A program made the translations under genes and the position numbers. 64,000 nt of DNA from Bilabrum cf. latius (lineage: Eukaryota), in NCBI GenBank assembly GCA_965178125.1, contig OZ237754.1, forward strand, positions 372,001-436,000, given 5' to 3'. The notes beneath the pieces are model-generated. The model searched no databases and was not told where the DNA came from. It saw only the letters and a program-made list of their open reading frames with translations. Positions 63,301 through 64,000 of this stretch are shown piece by piece (within the stretch, counting starts at the first letter, position 1; each line of letters starts with the position of its first letter).

Positions 63301-64000
63301 CTCAATGTACGCCTCCGTGATGGTGGCACCACGCGGGATGTTGCCTGCCGGGGTGATTAGCACGTCAGAGTCCGCGCCGCCGGAGCGCATGGACTCGAGG
63401 GACTCTTCGTCGGCGGCGATAGCCGAGCGGAAAGTGAAGAGTGCGTTGCTGCCGTACTTCATGTCGATTGTCTCTCCCACCACCCGAAGCGGCTCGTTTG
63501 AAAGCCTAGGCGTCTCGACCATGTCTGCGTACTGCCCGCCCACGAGGGGCAGCTCCACCTCGACCTCCGTCTCTGGCATGCGAGCGGCATCGATGGTGGG
63601 CAGAAGTGCGCACACCACAGCCGTGCCCGAGTCGACCTCGCTGCGCAGGTTTTGGCTCACGTTGGCAGCAGCTTCGATGACAGACACCTCGTTGGACCGC
63701 ACAGGCTGGCACGGCACGCCGCACACGTCTAGAGTGAAGTCGTCCTCGTCATTGCCGTTGTAATTCGCGTCCTGGTTGGGGAGGCCCTCGCCGCGAACCC
63801 ACACGTGCACGCCACCGTACACGTCAGCCTGGAGGGCTACCTTCTGAACGGGCAGCACCTGGCCAGACACGACCACCTGCACTCCGGGCGCCACGGTTGC
63901 GACTCGGCCGCCGACCGCCACGTACAAGGCATGTCGGCCCACAGTTAGAGGAGGCACGGTGCAGGCGATGGCCTTGCCGTCCCCGCTGATGCTAGGAGAC
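54397..64000 (-). CDS. Fibrocystin-L/PKHD1L1-like giant type I membrane protein (IPT/TIG, F5/8C discoidin, two G8 domains, parallel beta-helix, Calx-beta, TM); starts right of the window
   Basis: G8 motifs WSLKTTWGG...PVEGDSVQIPAGQKVVLD and WSSETFW...NVTIPWHLNVELD; GQAFRLGRYPLHFH; AAFWITNPDN; MDHGWCAGYTCLKRLSLF; Calx-beta SGELSFGRGEDSKTVSI; TM LIVGVVVGALVVVAAGVGLAYYM. In frame across TAGs at 58063, 57952 and 55144; TGA at 54397. Confidence 0.88.

Noticed and set aside
55265-63763. Long plus-strand ORFs antisense to the fibrocystin-like gene, and similar shadow ORFs elsewhere (e.g. 1625-2836, 10358-12076)
   Set aside because: These are shadow frames of GC-rich coding sequence with no domain signal.
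1-64000. Mass pseudogenisation as the cause of the internal stops
   Set aside because: The interruptions I read are exclusively TAG, with no frameshifts or TAA/TGA, and catalytic motifs and splice sites are intact.
1-64000. Pyrrolysine, selenocysteine or programmed leaky readthrough
   Set aside because: There are many TAGs per gene in variable contexts, aligned to Gln. No pyl genes are present, and Sec uses TGA.
1-64000. Prokaryotic or phage (code 15) origin
   Set aside because: Spliceosomal introns, eukaryotic domain families (DENN, SMYD, CCCH) and eukaryotic DNA transposons are present, with no operons.

Overview
This is gene-dense, GC-rich eukaryotic (protist-like) nuclear DNA with short GT-AG introns. 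The main result is a non-standard nuclear genetic code: TAG is a sense codon, most likely Gln, while TGA (most genes) and TAA remain stops. Dozens of ORF-track fragments join in frame across TAG into about 14 genes. TAG falls inside conserved domains (EF-hand, MYND, ARM, ankyrin, DDE transposase), in poly-Gln tracts, and opposite a CAG in a near-identical paralog. Host genes encode an acylated EF-hand protein with micro-exons, a SMYD methyltransferase, a 2OG-Fe(II) oxygenase, a CCCH zinc-finger protein, an AP2/AT-hook/poly-GR protein, a DENN-ankyrin protein, a pseudokinase-ARM protein, a large TPR-tailed protein, a head-to-head duplicated pair of ELWxxDGT-repeat membrane proteins, and a fibrocystin-L-like giant that runs off the right edge. 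Positions ~19.6-27.8 kb form a transposon cluster: a hAT-like non-autonomous element with a nested MITE, then an apparently intact 5.9-kb PIF/Harbinger element. Both Harbinger genes use the UAG=Gln code, and its ORF2 carries a near-perfect 174-bp tandem array. All calls come from reading by eye; no database searches were run.
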